A stretch of DNA of 64,000 nucleotides from Bdellovibrionales bacterium (GCA_965197425.1 CBDANC010000013.1:96001-160000), one strand, 5' to 3'. Numbered from the stretch's first letter, positions 10,663 through 20,751 are shown. The notes: generated by a model from the letters alone, not told the origin. Translations and numbers: made by a program.

Positions 10663-11616
10663 CTAGTGTGAGTTTTTAATTTTCTCTATCTCTTCTTTAG
10701 AAAGACCAGATACCTCGGAAATAAAATCAAGATCAGCGTTCTTTTTTAACATATTCAACACCATATCCCTTACACCTTGTTCTCTACCTTGTTCTTTACC
10801 TTCTTCTAACATGGAACTCATTTGAGATCTTCTTTTCATTTCTGCAAACTCTAGCCACTCGGCAACTTCACCTTCTGCAAACTTCTTCATTTTACCTACC
10901 ATTTCACCCATAACACCTCCTTTGACAATAAAATCATCAAATTCAACTTTTGACATTCTACCAGAATTCTTCAATAAATAACACAACTTTTCTCTACTAT
11001 CTAAAAGCTCATCAAATGACTTAGTAAACTTATTTAACTCAACTAACACTATGCTCTGCCCTTTGGCTTCACAAAACCTAATATGCGGTTGTTTAACCCT
11101 TAAAAACTCAAACCTATGATAATAATCACTTATACCTTTTAAGCCAGAAATAGAAGCACCTTTTGTAACAAATGCTATTAAAACTGTGTGTACTGCATCT
11201 CTAAAATCACCGCCTACTTTTATTTGATTAGAATATCTTCTACATAAATAAGCTAACATCCTAGGTGCAAAGAACCTCTCATTAGTAGTCTGCATCTCTA
11301 CTATTACATTTTGACTAGATTTGTTACCTTTAATTTTATAATCCACAGAGGCTATCAAATCCAAAATAGATTTTTTGGGAAACTCACTCTTTGACTCAAC
11401 TTGGGTAGGTAATTGATCGGAGTCTAATAATGACACGCTTTCTATAACTGCATTATCAGGAAGCGGTAGAAAATGTTGTAATAGTAATTTAAGCTCATTA
11501 ATATTTGACTTAAAAAATGCTCTAAACAAAGTATCTGATGTAAAGTCGGGTAAAGGATTTTTGTCTTTATTTTTCACTGTTACAAATAATAAACTATAAT
11601 AAAAATTAAATTGCAA
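10663..11616 (-). CDS. Rpn / PD-(D/E)XK nuclease family protein (probable start GTG 11577)
   Basis: SDTLFRAFF, ILDL...VIVEMQ, RMLAYL, IVLVELNKF, EEGKEQGREQG, ISEVSGLSKEEIEKIK tail. Confidence 0.9.
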   Translation of the reverse strand: MQFNFYYSLLFVTVKNKDKNPLPDFTSDTLFRAFFKSNINELKLLLQHFLPLPDNAVIESVSLLDSDQLPTQVESKSEFPKKSILDLIASVDYKIKGNKSSQNVIVEMQTTNERFFAPRMLAYLCRRYSNQIKVGGDFRDAVHTVLIAFVTKGASISGLKGISDYYHRFEFLRVKQPHIRFCEAKGQSIVLVELNKFTKSFDELLDSREKLCYLLKNSGRMSKVEFDDFIVKGGVMGEMVGKMKKFAEGEVAEWLEFAEMKRRSQMSSMLEEGKEQGREQGVRDMVLNMLKKNADLDFISEVSGLSKEEIEKIKNSH

Positions 11617-11725
11617 ATAACAAAAATAAACTTGTAAAACATTCTTAATAGAAAAGAGGATTAGCTTTGATATTTAAAAAAATTTAATTTAAAACGAAAC
11701 AAAGACAATACAAAATTCTATCTTA

Positions 11726-12871
11726 TTGTCATTGTTTAGAAAAAAATTTGCTAAAGTGCAAAAGGTACTAAGCATGAGTGCAAATAAACCTGTTATGTAT
11801 CTAGACAGCAATGTCTTTGGTTGCTTTAGCCAAAAACACAATTGTTCCGGACATAAATACTATTTATTTAAAAACAACATCAACTTAAATCCAAAACTTC
11901 CAAATACAGATGGTTTTTTAGTAAGTAATACAGCGTTTTCAGAATTTGAAAAGATGGGTTTGAAGAGGAAAGACTTCATAGATCTAAATAAATTAGACAC
12001 TATTACAGCTAAATGTGAATGCACTAAAAAAGATGTGGGTAAAAAAGATAATGGGTACGATGAGTATGATATTGAATTTATTAATTGTTTGTACGAAGCT
12101 ATTAAAACTGAAATAAATAATAGTGGCAAACTCAACCTAGATTTTTTTAATAAAAAATATTTGGAGCGTATAAAATCCTTAAATCATTTACCCAACAAGC
12201 TTCGTTCAGAATTAGAGCAATTCTACCATCATAAAGATTCTGAAACTCCTATCGATGATCATGTAGTAGAACAATGGGAGAATGTACTAATACTTGACAT
12301 TCTGGCTTCATTAAAACCTAAAGAGAGTAAAAAAAATTACTACGACCTATTATTGGATATGGCACACACCCTAAAAAAACGTGTTAATTTTCCTTTCCCC
12401 GTTACTAGAGTGGCGTATAACATGATGAAATTTGGAAACCTGGATAAAAGATTATACCAAGATAAAAGCTCAAGAGAGCTGGAGAAGGCTCTGAAACTAA
12501 TAACATATCGCCAAAATGAGGATATGGTCGATGCAGAGCTAGTACATGTTGCTGTGGTTGAAAATTGTTTGCCACCAACTGAGGGGAATATTCCATATCT
12601 TTTTACATGTGATCCTATCAAAACAGTTTTAACCAGAATTAGTTACTATAAATCATGTGTAAAAGGATGGAATGATAATTTCAGCAAACTTTATAACAAA
12701 ACTTTTATGGATGAATGTAAAGAAAGTTGGCTAATATTTTTAGATAAGGATAATTTTGGAATTACACACATTATAAATGTGCAAAGCATACCATGTTTGT
12801 TTGAATGGATTGGTGAAAGTAAAACCTTGGATGATATGTATGAATTTGTGGGGATTGATGTTTCAGATTAG
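11726..12871 (+). CDS. Hypothetical protein with PIN-like motifs (probable start ATG 11774)
   Basis: 381 aa ORF; MYLDSNVF, MVDAELVHVAV, LFTCD resemble PIN acidic motifs separated by a large insert. Confidence 0.6.
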   Translation: MSLFRKKFAKVQKVLSMSANKPVMYLDSNVFGCFSQKHNCSGHKYYLFKNNINLNPKLPNTDGFLVSNTAFSEFEKMGLKRKDFIDLNKLDTITAKCECTKKDVGKKDNGYDEYDIEFINCLYEAIKTEINNSGKLNLDFFNKKYLERIKSLNHLPNKLRSELEQFYHHKDSETPIDDHVVEQWENVLILDILASLKPKESKKNYYDLLLDMAHTLKKRVNFPFPVTRVAYNMMKFGNLDKRLYQDKSSRELEKALKLITYRQNEDMVDAELVHVAVVENCLPPTEGNIPYLFTCDPIKTVLTRISYYKSCVKGWNDNFSKLYNKTFMDECKESWLIFLDKDNFGITHIINVQSIPCLFEWIGESKTLDDMYEFVGIDVSD

Positions 12872-12962
12872 GGGAAGTGGCCATCTAATAGGGCACGGAG
12901 CTCATCTGGGTGGAGCTATGTTTGGTGCTGTGTATTTTACGATGCTTAGACTAACAAAATAA
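12847..12962 (+). pseudogene. Orphan diverged copy of rhomboid 3' end
   Basis: WGLMFQIRGSGHLIGHGAHLGGAMFGAVYF matches 10466-10587. Confidence 0.92.
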
Positions 12963-13008
12963 ATTAGGCAAAATTAAAGCAGGCACATTAAGATGAAGAT
13001 ATTGGATC

Positions 13009-13038
13009 AAAAAAGGCTCGGATTCCCAAGCCTTTTTT
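13009..13038. terminator. Intrinsic terminator downstream of pilin copy 1 (bidirectional)
   Basis: AAAAAAGGCTCGG-ATTC-CCAAGCCTTTTTT. Confidence 0.85.
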
Positions 13039-13067
13039 GTATTAACAACTTTTAATCAAGCTGTAGT

Positions 13068-13799
13068 TTATACCCCACTGAGGTGGTTCGTTAAAATTTT
13101 GTCTTGGGTAATTGTCCATACATCGTCGCGTGTCTCACCAGCGTTGGAGCCAATTACACCGATGTTTCCATACGCAATACCTACAAAATTAGACGTGTTG
13201 CACGGAGCACTAAGTGTAGAAGGAGTAGTAGCTGGTGTCATCAAAGCTGTCAAGCCTGCCGGAACAGCATCAGAATGAGAAATATTCGTAGCATTCGGTA
13301 TGTTGACCACGGGTATCGGAACGTTTGGTATGTCTGTCTTACCCGAAAGGTTAACACAAGTGGCGGTACCAGCCAAAGTAGATCCTGGAGCATCACAAAC
13401 GCCAGCACCTCCTTCTCCTGTATGTCTCCTAGCTAAAGACAATCCAGCCCCAGTGTATCTGATTGGACTACTACCAGGACCGCATATAGGGGCCGTACCA
13501 ACGATGGCAGAATCATTCGAGAATCCAGCAATGTAACCAAGCTGTCCTTCTGGATAAAACCCAATGCCCTGAAGGTCGGTAGTTCCCGCACCCCATTCGG
13601 CTATAAACGATTTTTCAGCGGTGAATATTCCACTTAGCAAGCCCCTGGCTTCTGCCTGTCTAGCTCTTCTTTGGAAGGCCTGATAGTTTGGTATTGCTAT
13701 TGCCGCCAATATCCCTATGATCGCAACCGCAACCATAAGCTCAATTAACGAGAAACCCTTTTGTTTGCTGTTGTCAGCTTTTGTTGAAACCCTAAGCAT
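13068..13799 (-). CDS. Type IV pilin (PilA-like), copy 1
   Basis: Prepilin site KG|FSLIELMVAVAIIGILAAIAIP, C-terminal cysteines, AGGAGG RBS. Confidence 0.95.
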   Translation of the reverse strand: MLRVSTKADNSKQKGFSLIELMVAVAIIGILAAIAIPNYQAFQRRARQAEARGLLSGIFTAEKSFIAEWGAGTTDLQGIGFYPEGQLGYIAGFSNDSAIVGTAPICGPGSSPIRYTGAGLSLARRHTGEGGAGVCDAPGSTLAGTATCVNLSGKTDIPNVPIPVVNIPNATNISHSDAVPAGLTALMTPATTPSTLSAPCNTSNFVGIAYGNIGVIGSNAGETRDDVWTITQDKILTNHLSGV

Positions 13800-13876
13800 G
13801 CGTGAAACCTCCTAATGATCGTTAATCACGTGTCCCATTCTTGACATCAATTCAAGTTTATCTACAAGATGTTAGG

Positions 13877-13903
13877 TCATCGGAAGAAACTTTGTCAAAT
13901 TAA
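13877..13903 (-). promoter_or_regulatory. Sigma-28 (FliA)-like promoter of pilin copy 1
   Basis: TTAA-N15-TCCGATGA on minus strand, close to TAAA-N15-GCCGATAA. Confidence 0.55.
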
Positions 13904-14133
13904 ATGGATTTAATACCTCAAACATTACAGCCTTTTGTCTTAATTTGTATTGAAACTGATCACAAAGCCTAAATAACACAACTATCACAGGGGGGCTTGC
14001 TCCCTTTATCATGCGATTGTGTAATAACATTGGCCCTGGAAACCAACAGTGGTGGCATGTAAAATGACTTTGGACATAATGTGAGTGCTAATACATCCAA
14101 ACTTATAACATAATGCAAAAGGAATGATTGACC

Positions 14134-14403
14134 TCAGCCCTGTAACGCTTTGAAAACTCTGGAAGAAATGCGACTTATTTTTCTGGATGCGGTTTCTTTT
14201 TTTATCACACCTTTGGATGTTGCCTTGGAAATCTTGCTGCTATAGGCCCTTAAAAGCTCCTTCAAAGAGTCTTTGGAATCAGAGCCCAACGCCTTTAAGA
14301 TCTTCTTTTCCAAAGTTCTGACCAAACTTTGGATACTTTTATTACGAACTCTTCTTTTTATATTCTGCCTGGCTCTTTTTTTTGCAGATTCTATGTTAGG
14401 CAT
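14134..14403 (-). CDS. rpsT: 30S ribosomal protein S20
   Basis: MPNIESAKKRARQ..RNKS, KGVIKKETASRKISR; start moved to ATG 14403. Confidence 0.97.
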   Translation of the reverse strand: MPNIESAKKRARQNIKRRVRNKSIQSLVRTLEKKILKALGSDSKDSLKELLRAYSSKISKATSKGVIKKETASRKISRISSRVFKALQG

Positions 14404-14546
14404 AATAAGCTCCCAATAATTCCTATAAAAAATAATCCCTGCAACTCCAAACATCACATAAATTCAAACCAAACAACATGAACATCTGAAGACTTTCAGG
14501 TATATTCTAATACAACATCCAATGTTGTGACGCAAGGACTTAAATA

Positions 14547-16094
14547 GTGGAAAGAAAGAACATAGCCAGTTTTGCCATCGTAGTGGGCCTGGGAACTTTT
14601 TGTAGTCGCATATTTGGCCTAATTAGAGATGTACTCCTGGCCTCATTTTTCTCCAGATTTACCACAGATGCATGGCTTGTGGCCTTTCGCATACCTAATA
14701 TGTTTAGAAGACTTTTTGGAGAGGGTTCTCTTTCAGCTAGTTTCATCCCTGTATTTGTAGGTCTTACTGAAAGTGGAAACATCAAAGATGCAAAAAAACT
14801 AGCTTCAGTAGTATTCAGCTTACTACTTACTATCCTTACAGCATTTGCAATTTTAGGGGTAATATTTGCCCCAGAAATCATAGGCTTCCTTACCCATGGC
14901 AAAAACTACTCTGAAATCCCAGGTAAGGTTGAACTTACCATAGAACTTACCAGAATCATGCTTAGCTTTGTAGTGCTGGTATGTATGTATGCATTTTTTA
15001 TGGCCATACAAAATAGTTTTCGAAAATTCCTAATTCCAGCCTTTGCTCCAACCCTATTAAACCTGTCAATCATAGCTTCTGTATTTCTACCAACAAATTG
15101 GTTTGATGTAGAGGGAAAGAACTTGGCATGGGGAGTACTAGTAGGAGGACTACTACAACTTATCATAGTAATTCCTGGTGTGTATAAACTTGGTTTTTTG
15201 CCAAAACTAAATTTTGACCTTGGTTTTAAACACTGCAGATCAGTTGTTAGAAAATTTGTTCCAAGTGTTATTGGAGTAGGAATATTACAACTAACTGTGC
15301 TTATAAATACTCGCTTTGCAAGTCACCTGCCCGAGGGGGCTAATTCATGGCTCTTCTGGGCTGATAGACTTTTAGAATTTCCCTTATCTCTCTTCGCAGT
15401 AAGCATGGGTACAGCACTTCTACCAGTACTATCCATCCACTATGCACAAAAAAATATGGACAAGTTTTCCAAAACTTTGCAAGAAGGATTAAGGCAAGTG
15501 TTGTTTTTAGCCATACCTTCTGGTGTTGGATTGTTGATGCTTTCTGATCTACTGATCACCACAATTTTTATGAGAGGTGCTTTTGTAGAAAGTGATGTCC
15601 ACTATACAAGCTCAATACTACAAGTTTATGGTGTATCCATAATTTTTTATGCAAGTATTAGAGTATTACAACCTGTATTTTATGCCATACACAATACATG
15701 GCTCCCTGCAATTGTATCAGCAATATGCCTTGGTATTCATATAATGATGGCAGGGCATTTTATTAAATTAGCCGGGGTTCAAGGACTAGTAATATCAGCA
15801 GCAATTTCCGCTTTCATAAATGTTACAACTTTGGTTATAGCCTATAGAATTTTAATAGGAAAATTTCATTTAACTTTGTTCTTTTTAAAAAGTGTTACAT
15901 CCGCCACTTTTATGGGAATACTTTTGTTTTTTATTAAAAATAATTTTACTACAGATAATTTTTTAGAAAGACTATTGCTTCTTACTTTTTGTATTACTAT
16001 GGGAGCTGTTATTTACTTCATAATATCATGGTTAATTAAAATCGAAGAAGTCAATTACTACAAAAACAAATTGAAAGAAAAATTATTCCACTAA
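14547..16094 (+). CDS. murJ: Lipid II flippase MurJ (MviN)
   Basis: SRIFGLIRD, AFRIPNMFRRLFGEG, ADRLLEFP; divergent from rpsT as is typical. Confidence 0.97.
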   Translation: MERKNIASFAIVVGLGTFCSRIFGLIRDVLLASFFSRFTTDAWLVAFRIPNMFRRLFGEGSLSASFIPVFVGLTESGNIKDAKKLASVVFSLLLTILTAFAILGVIFAPEIIGFLTHGKNYSEIPGKVELTIELTRIMLSFVVLVCMYAFFMAIQNSFRKFLIPAFAPTLLNLSIIASVFLPTNWFDVEGKNLAWGVLVGGLLQLIIVIPGVYKLGFLPKLNFDLGFKHCRSVVRKFVPSVIGVGILQLTVLINTRFASHLPEGANSWLFWADRLLEFPLSLFAVSMGTALLPVLSIHYAQKNMDKFSKTLQEGLRQVLFLAIPSGVGLLMLSDLLITTIFMRGAFVESDVHYTSSILQVYGVSIIFYASIRVLQPVFYAIHNTWLPAIVSAICLGIHIMMAGHFIKLAGVQGLVISAAISAFINVTTLVIAYRILIGKFHLTLFFLKSVTSATFMGILLFFIKNNFTTDNFLERLLLLTFCITMGAVIYFIISWLIKIEEVNYYKNKLKEKLFH

Positions 16095-16269
16095 TGATAC
16101 TTTCAAACACTCAGATTGAGATCACAAACCACGCTTTGTGAATAACTTTGGTCTGGCAAACCAAAAGTCCTGTTTCAGGCCTTAAGTTATAATTTTGTTT
16201 CATAGATAAAAGTATGGCCCCTCTGGCTAAATGTGACACCTGGTTAACGATTGTTAAAAGGAGTCACAA

Positions 16270-17118
16270 ATGTTAAGGTTTAATACAAAAGTCGGTGCTG
16301 TCAAGAAGGATGCTTACAGCACGAGTGTTTTACAAACACATGTAGCAAAAAGAAATGTAGGGCGCAATAAGCTACAAAAAAAATGCCTCCAACCGCAGGT
16401 TGGTTTCTCGTTAATTGAGTTGATGGTTGCGGTTGCAATCATTGGTATATTGGCAGCGATTGCGATACCAAACTATCAAGCCTTCCAAAGAAGAGCTAGA
16501 CAGGCAGAGGCGAGGACAATGTTAAGTGGTATATTCACCGCTGAAAAATCGTTTATAGCCGAATGGGGTGCTGGAACTACCGACCTTCAGGGCATTGGGT
16601 TTTATCCAGAAGGACAACTTGGTTACATTGCTGGGTTTGATGAAGATTCAGTTCAAGTGGGTACGGCTCCCATATGCAATGATGGTACTCCTGGTGGGGC
16701 GGGGCCAGGTAATTCTGGTACTCCAATTAGATACACTGGGGCTGGGTTGAATTTTGCTAGGAGACATACAGGTAATCTTGCTACTGGTGTGTGTGATGGT
16801 CCAGGATCTACTTTGGCTGGTACCGCTACTTGTATTAATCTTTCGGGTAAGACAAACATACCATCTGGTGTTGAAGGAATAATTAATGGGACTAGTGCTA
16901 CACAGATTGTACATTCTGATGCTGCTCCGACAAGCTTGACAAATGTAGGGACAGCTGCTGATAGTAATGGCATTAGTGCTGCATGCAATAACGGCAATTT
17001 TATAGCCATTGCATATGGAAACATAGGCGCAATTAGTTCTGCTACTGGTGAAACGCGGGATGATGTGTGGACAATTACCCATGATAAAATTTTAACAAAC
17101 CATCTTAGTGGTGTATAA
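16270..17118 (+). CDS. Type IV pilin (PilA-like), copy 2, long leader
   Basis: VG|FSLIELMVAVAIIGILAAIAIP; close paralogue of 13068-13799; AAGGAG RBS. Confidence 0.93.
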   Translation: MLRFNTKVGAVKKDAYSTSVLQTHVAKRNVGRNKLQKKCLQPQVGFSLIELMVAVAIIGILAAIAIPNYQAFQRRARQAEARTMLSGIFTAEKSFIAEWGAGTTDLQGIGFYPEGQLGYIAGFDEDSVQVGTAPICNDGTPGGAGPGNSGTPIRYTGAGLNFARRHTGNLATGVCDGPGSTLAGTATCINLSGKTNIPSGVEGIINGTSATQIVHSDAAPTSLTNVGTAADSNGISAACNNGNFIAIAYGNIGAISSATGETRDDVWTITHDKILTNHLSGV

Positions 17119-17152
17119 ATCATATCTTAATTAAGGGTTGTTAATACAAAAG

Positions 17153-17183
17153 AAAAAGGCTTGGTATCCCCAAGCCTTTTTTT
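17153..17183 (+). terminator. Intrinsic terminator downstream of pilin copy 2
   Basis: AAAAAGGCTTGG-TATCC-CCAAGCCTTTTTTT. Confidence 0.9.
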
Positions 17184-17291
17184 ATTCCCACAATCACTTT
17201 CTATTCAAGCTACATCCCTTACTCTAACAGAAATATTTTTTCCAAGAGATGATAATGAGTCAAAAATACTATTGCAAAGATTGATGCCATT

Positions 17292-18080
17292 TTGGACATG
17301 ATTACAAAGGTTGTTAAGATAAAATCGCTGTGTTACAAGGACACAATGATTGAAGTAAAAAACATAACAAAAGAATATTCACAAGAAAACATAAAAGCAG
17401 TAAATAATGTTTCTTTTAAAATAGACAAAGGTGAAGTTGGCTCCATCATTGGTACAAGTGGGTGTGGAAAAACCACAACGCTTAAAATGATAAACAGATT
17501 AATTGAACCTACATCAGGCAGTGTTATTGTCAATGGACAAGACTCTAGCACAGGCAGCGCTGTTGCATGGAGAAGAAGGATTGGCTACGTAATACAAAAA
17601 GCCGGGTTACTCCCTCACTTAACTGTTGGCCAAAATATTTCACTATTGTCTAAAATTCTAAAAAGAAAAAAAAGTTTTATTACAAAAAGAGTACAAGAGC
17701 TAATGGATGACACAATAAACATGTCTTATAGTAAGTACTCCTCCAGGTATCCTGCACAGCTTTCTGGCGGGCAACAACAAAGGGTAGGCATAGCCCGTGC
17801 ATTGATGGAAGACCCTTCTGTTATGTTGATGGATGAGCCATTCGGAGCACTTGATCCAATTACAAAAAATACTCTTCATGAAGAGTTTATTCATCTAAAC
17901 AAAAAACTGAATAAAACTATATTGATGGTTACTCACGATGTGGAAGAGGCATTTAAGCTAGGAGACAAAGTCATTCTAATGAATAAAGGAAATATTATTC
18001 AAGTAGGTACAAAAGAGGATTTTATTAAAAATCCAAGAAATGAATTTGTAACTGATTTTGTCAGTAAGAAGATTGCATGA
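17292..18080 (+). CDS. Osmoprotectant (OpuCA/ProV-like) ABC transporter ATP-binding protein (probable start 17346)
   Basis: GTSGCGKTTTLKMINRLIEP, LSGGQQQRVG, LMDEPFGALDPIT. Confidence 0.95.
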   Translation: MDMITKVVKIKSLCYKDTMIEVKNITKEYSQENIKAVNNVSFKIDKGEVGSIIGTSGCGKTTTLKMINRLIEPTSGSVIVNGQDSSTGSAVAWRRRIGYVIQKAGLLPHLTVGQNISLLSKILKRKKSFITKRVQELMDDTINMSYSKYSSRYPAQLSGGQQQRVGIARALMEDPSVMLMDEPFGALDPITKNTLHEEFIHLNKKLNKTILMVTHDVEEAFKLGDKVILMNKGNIIQVGTKEDFIKNPRNEFVTDFVSKKIA

Positions 18081-19627
18081 AAAAAATATTGCTTTTAATT
18101 TTTCTGATTTTTATAGGAAATATATCTCAAGCTGAAGATAAGATCACTATAGGCTCCAAAAAATTTAGTGAATCCATAATTTTATCTGAAATGCTCTCAA
18201 TACTATTGGAAGAAAAATACAACATACCTGTTGAAAGAAAAATGGGTTTTGGAGGTACATCGATCACTTTGGATGCCTTAAAAGCTGGTGATATAGATGT
18301 TTATCCTGATTATACAGGAACAGGCTATATCATGATCCTGAAGTTGAGTGGAGAAAAGGATAAAGACAAAGTTTATGACATTGTGAAGGCTGAATTTTTT
18401 GAACGTTGGAACATAGTGTGGTCTAAACCAATAGGGTTTAATAATACCTACGCTTTAGCTGTTAAAAAAGATGATCCTGTATTTGAGGGTATAGAAAATA
18501 TATCTGATCTGGAAGGAAAGTTGGATGATGTAAGATATGCCGCTGGCCATGAGTTTATGGAAAGAGCGGATGGACATGAGAGTTTTGTGAATACTTACAA
18601 TTTAGATTTTAACTCTGGTAATGTTTTCTCAATGGAGGTTGGCCTGATATATTCTGCAATTAGAGATGATCAGGTAGATATGATTGTTGCTTATTCTACT
18701 GATGGAAGGATTGATGCTTATGATTTGCGTTTATTAAATGATGATCTAGGCTTTTTCCCTTATTACTATGCTGCATTTTTATCTAGAAGTGACACTTTAG
18801 AAAAATATCCAGAGCTTGGAGAAGCTATAAAACTTTTGGAAGGCACGATAAACGAGCCTGAGATGGTGAAGATGAATGATGCTGTAGATCGCCTCAAAGA
18901 ATCTCCTTATCATGTTGCTAAAAACTTTTTAATAGAAAGAGATTTAATTGAAGGAGAAGTTTTAGTTTCACAGGGTGGTGTTGGATTTTTTGGATACTTA
19001 ATGCAAAGAAGAGATTATTTATTAAAGCTTTTATATGAGCACTTATTGATATCTCTTGGAGCATTAGGATTTGCTCTTATTGTATCTATTCCAACTGGAA
19101 TACTTCTTACTCGTTATCCGTTACTTGGGAATGTTGTATTTCCGGTCATAAATACTCTACAAACCATACCTAGCCTGGCTTTGTTAGGTTTTTTGGTTCC
19201 TATTATGGGCATAGGAGTTGCACCAGCGATAGTAGCGTTGTTTTTGTATTCACTTTTACCTTTGGTTAGAAACACATATGCTGGAATGCTTAGTGTAGAC
19301 AAAAGTTTCATCGAAGTTTCAAAAGGTATTGGTTTGACCGGAATGCAGGTTCTACTAAAGGTAGAAATTCCAATGGCTTTACCAGTGATAATTGCTGGAT
19401 TAAGAACTGCTGCTGTAATTGTGATTGGTACAGCAACCTTAGCTGCTTTAATTGGGGCTGGAGGTTTTGGTGATCCTATCTTTAGAGGAATTTCAACTGT
19501 TGACTCACGCCTTATCTTACTTGGTGCAATCCCAGCTGCTTTGTTAGCTGTTGTATTTGATAAGATTATAGGTTTCCTAGAAAAGTCGGTAGTATCAAAA
19601 GGCCTAGTGCTTCAAAGCAAAAGATAA
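18077..19627 (+). CDS. Fused glycine betaine-type substrate-binding protein plus ABC permease
   Basis: IGSKKFSE, DVYPDYTGT, GFNNTYALAV, YSTDGRI, then QTIPSLALLG permease. Confidence 0.93.
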   Translation: MKKILLLIFLIFIGNISQAEDKITIGSKKFSESIILSEMLSILLEEKYNIPVERKMGFGGTSITLDALKAGDIDVYPDYTGTGYIMILKLSGEKDKDKVYDIVKAEFFERWNIVWSKPIGFNNTYALAVKKDDPVFEGIENISDLEGKLDDVRYAAGHEFMERADGHESFVNTYNLDFNSGNVFSMEVGLIYSAIRDDQVDMIVAYSTDGRIDAYDLRLLNDDLGFFPYYYAAFLSRSDTLEKYPELGEAIKLLEGTINEPEMVKMNDAVDRLKESPYHVAKNFLIERDLIEGEVLVSQGGVGFFGYLMQRRDYLLKLLYEHLLISLGALGFALIVSIPTGILLTRYPLLGNVVFPVINTLQTIPSLALLGFLVPIMGIGVAPAIVALFLYSLLPLVRNTYAGMLSVDKSFIEVSKGIGLTGMQVLLKVEIPMALPVIIAGLRTAAVIVIGTATLAALIGAGGFGDPIFRGISTVDSRLILLGAIPAALLAVVFDKIIGFLEKSVVSKGLVLQSKR

Positions 19628-19865
19628 TAAAACACCTTACACTTAACTCTTATTCCAGATTTTATTCATGAACTGCAGAAAAACAAAAGCTTTGAAACTA
19701 CTAAAAAGATGAATAATTTATTCATCAAAATAATAGTTGAAATACAAACCCTAGAGCCAGAACTAGAAAATTCTTTTTATTGTTAGAAAATGTTACAATG
19801 GCCTAAACTCTTGCTACCAAACTCACGAAGTTTGCAGTACATCCTTTTAAATAAAAGGTTCTTTT

Positions 19866-20675
19866 TTGGGATTTAAATTGTTCAAATTTAAAGGTGAGCT
19901 TAATGAAGCAAAAAACAAGGAGGCTTCGCCTTCTTTTTTTTGCCGATTGGCTGTTTCCTGGTATTTATTTTTAATAATATTTTTTGTTGTTTTAGAATCA
20001 AAAAGCTTAGACAAAGAAGGGTGTATTAACTCTTTATCACAATTTGAACAGCTTGAAAAATCTGAGTCTTCATTAGAAGCAAACGAAAGTTTAAAGCTTT
20101 TCATAGAGCGAGGTAATGTTCGAGAAATAATGAAAGTTATTGAGAACAACATGATAAATATAAATACACAAGATGCCAAAGAAAACACCGCTCTTATGAA
20201 AGTGGTCCAATTTGGCAATTTAGATGATATTCTTATTATTTTTGATCAACCTTTCTTGAATGTAAATTCACAAAATTCCCTAGGTAAAACTGCTTTAATG
20301 CTGGCAATTGAATGGGAAAGGATTGACATGGTTAAACTTCTTTTGATGCATCCATTTACAAGACTAGATTTGGTAGATACAAATGATAAAACTGCCTTAA
20401 TACTAGCAATTGAACTATATAAGCAGTCACCACAATTTTATTATCAAGTTGTTAAACTACTTTTAAACCCAAAACTTGCAGCTGAGTTTTGGGGAACTGC
20501 CGATAAAAGAATTAGGGAAGTTTTTGATCGAAAATCTATTAAATTAACAAAAGATGTAAACAGAAATAATGCATTAAATTTTCAAGATAACCTAAATGAA
20601 ACTGCAACAATGAAGGCTATTACAATTGCCCAAGACACCAAACTTGTAGAGCTATTGTTAAGCTATGAACATTAG
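19866..20675 (+). CDS. Exported ankyrin repeat protein, probably 3'-truncated; start uncertain
   Basis: NTALMK, GKTALMLA, KTALILA repeats; next repeat (LDLQAK) continues out of frame. Confidence 0.85.
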   Translation: MGFKLFKFKGELNEAKNKEASPSFFCRLAVSWYLFLIIFFVVLESKSLDKEGCINSLSQFEQLEKSESSLEANESLKLFIERGNVREIMKVIENNMININTQDAKENTALMKVVQFGNLDDILIIFDQPFLNVNSQNSLGKTALMLAIEWERIDMVKLLLMHPFTRLDLVDTNDKTALILAIELYKQSPQFYYQVVKLLLNPKLAAEFWGTADKRIREVFDRKSIKLTKDVNRNNALNFQDNLNETATMKAITIAQDTKLVELLLSYEH

Positions 20676-20751
20676 ACTTACAGGCAAAAGAATAAATGTT
20701 TGAAGACATACCTTTGGTGCAGACTTTAGAAACACCCGTAGTCTCAAAAGG

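Noticed and set aside
16182..16210. Sigma-28 promoter for pilin copy 2
   Set aside because: TTAAG present but the -10 box (ATAGATAA) and spacing deviate; too weak to call
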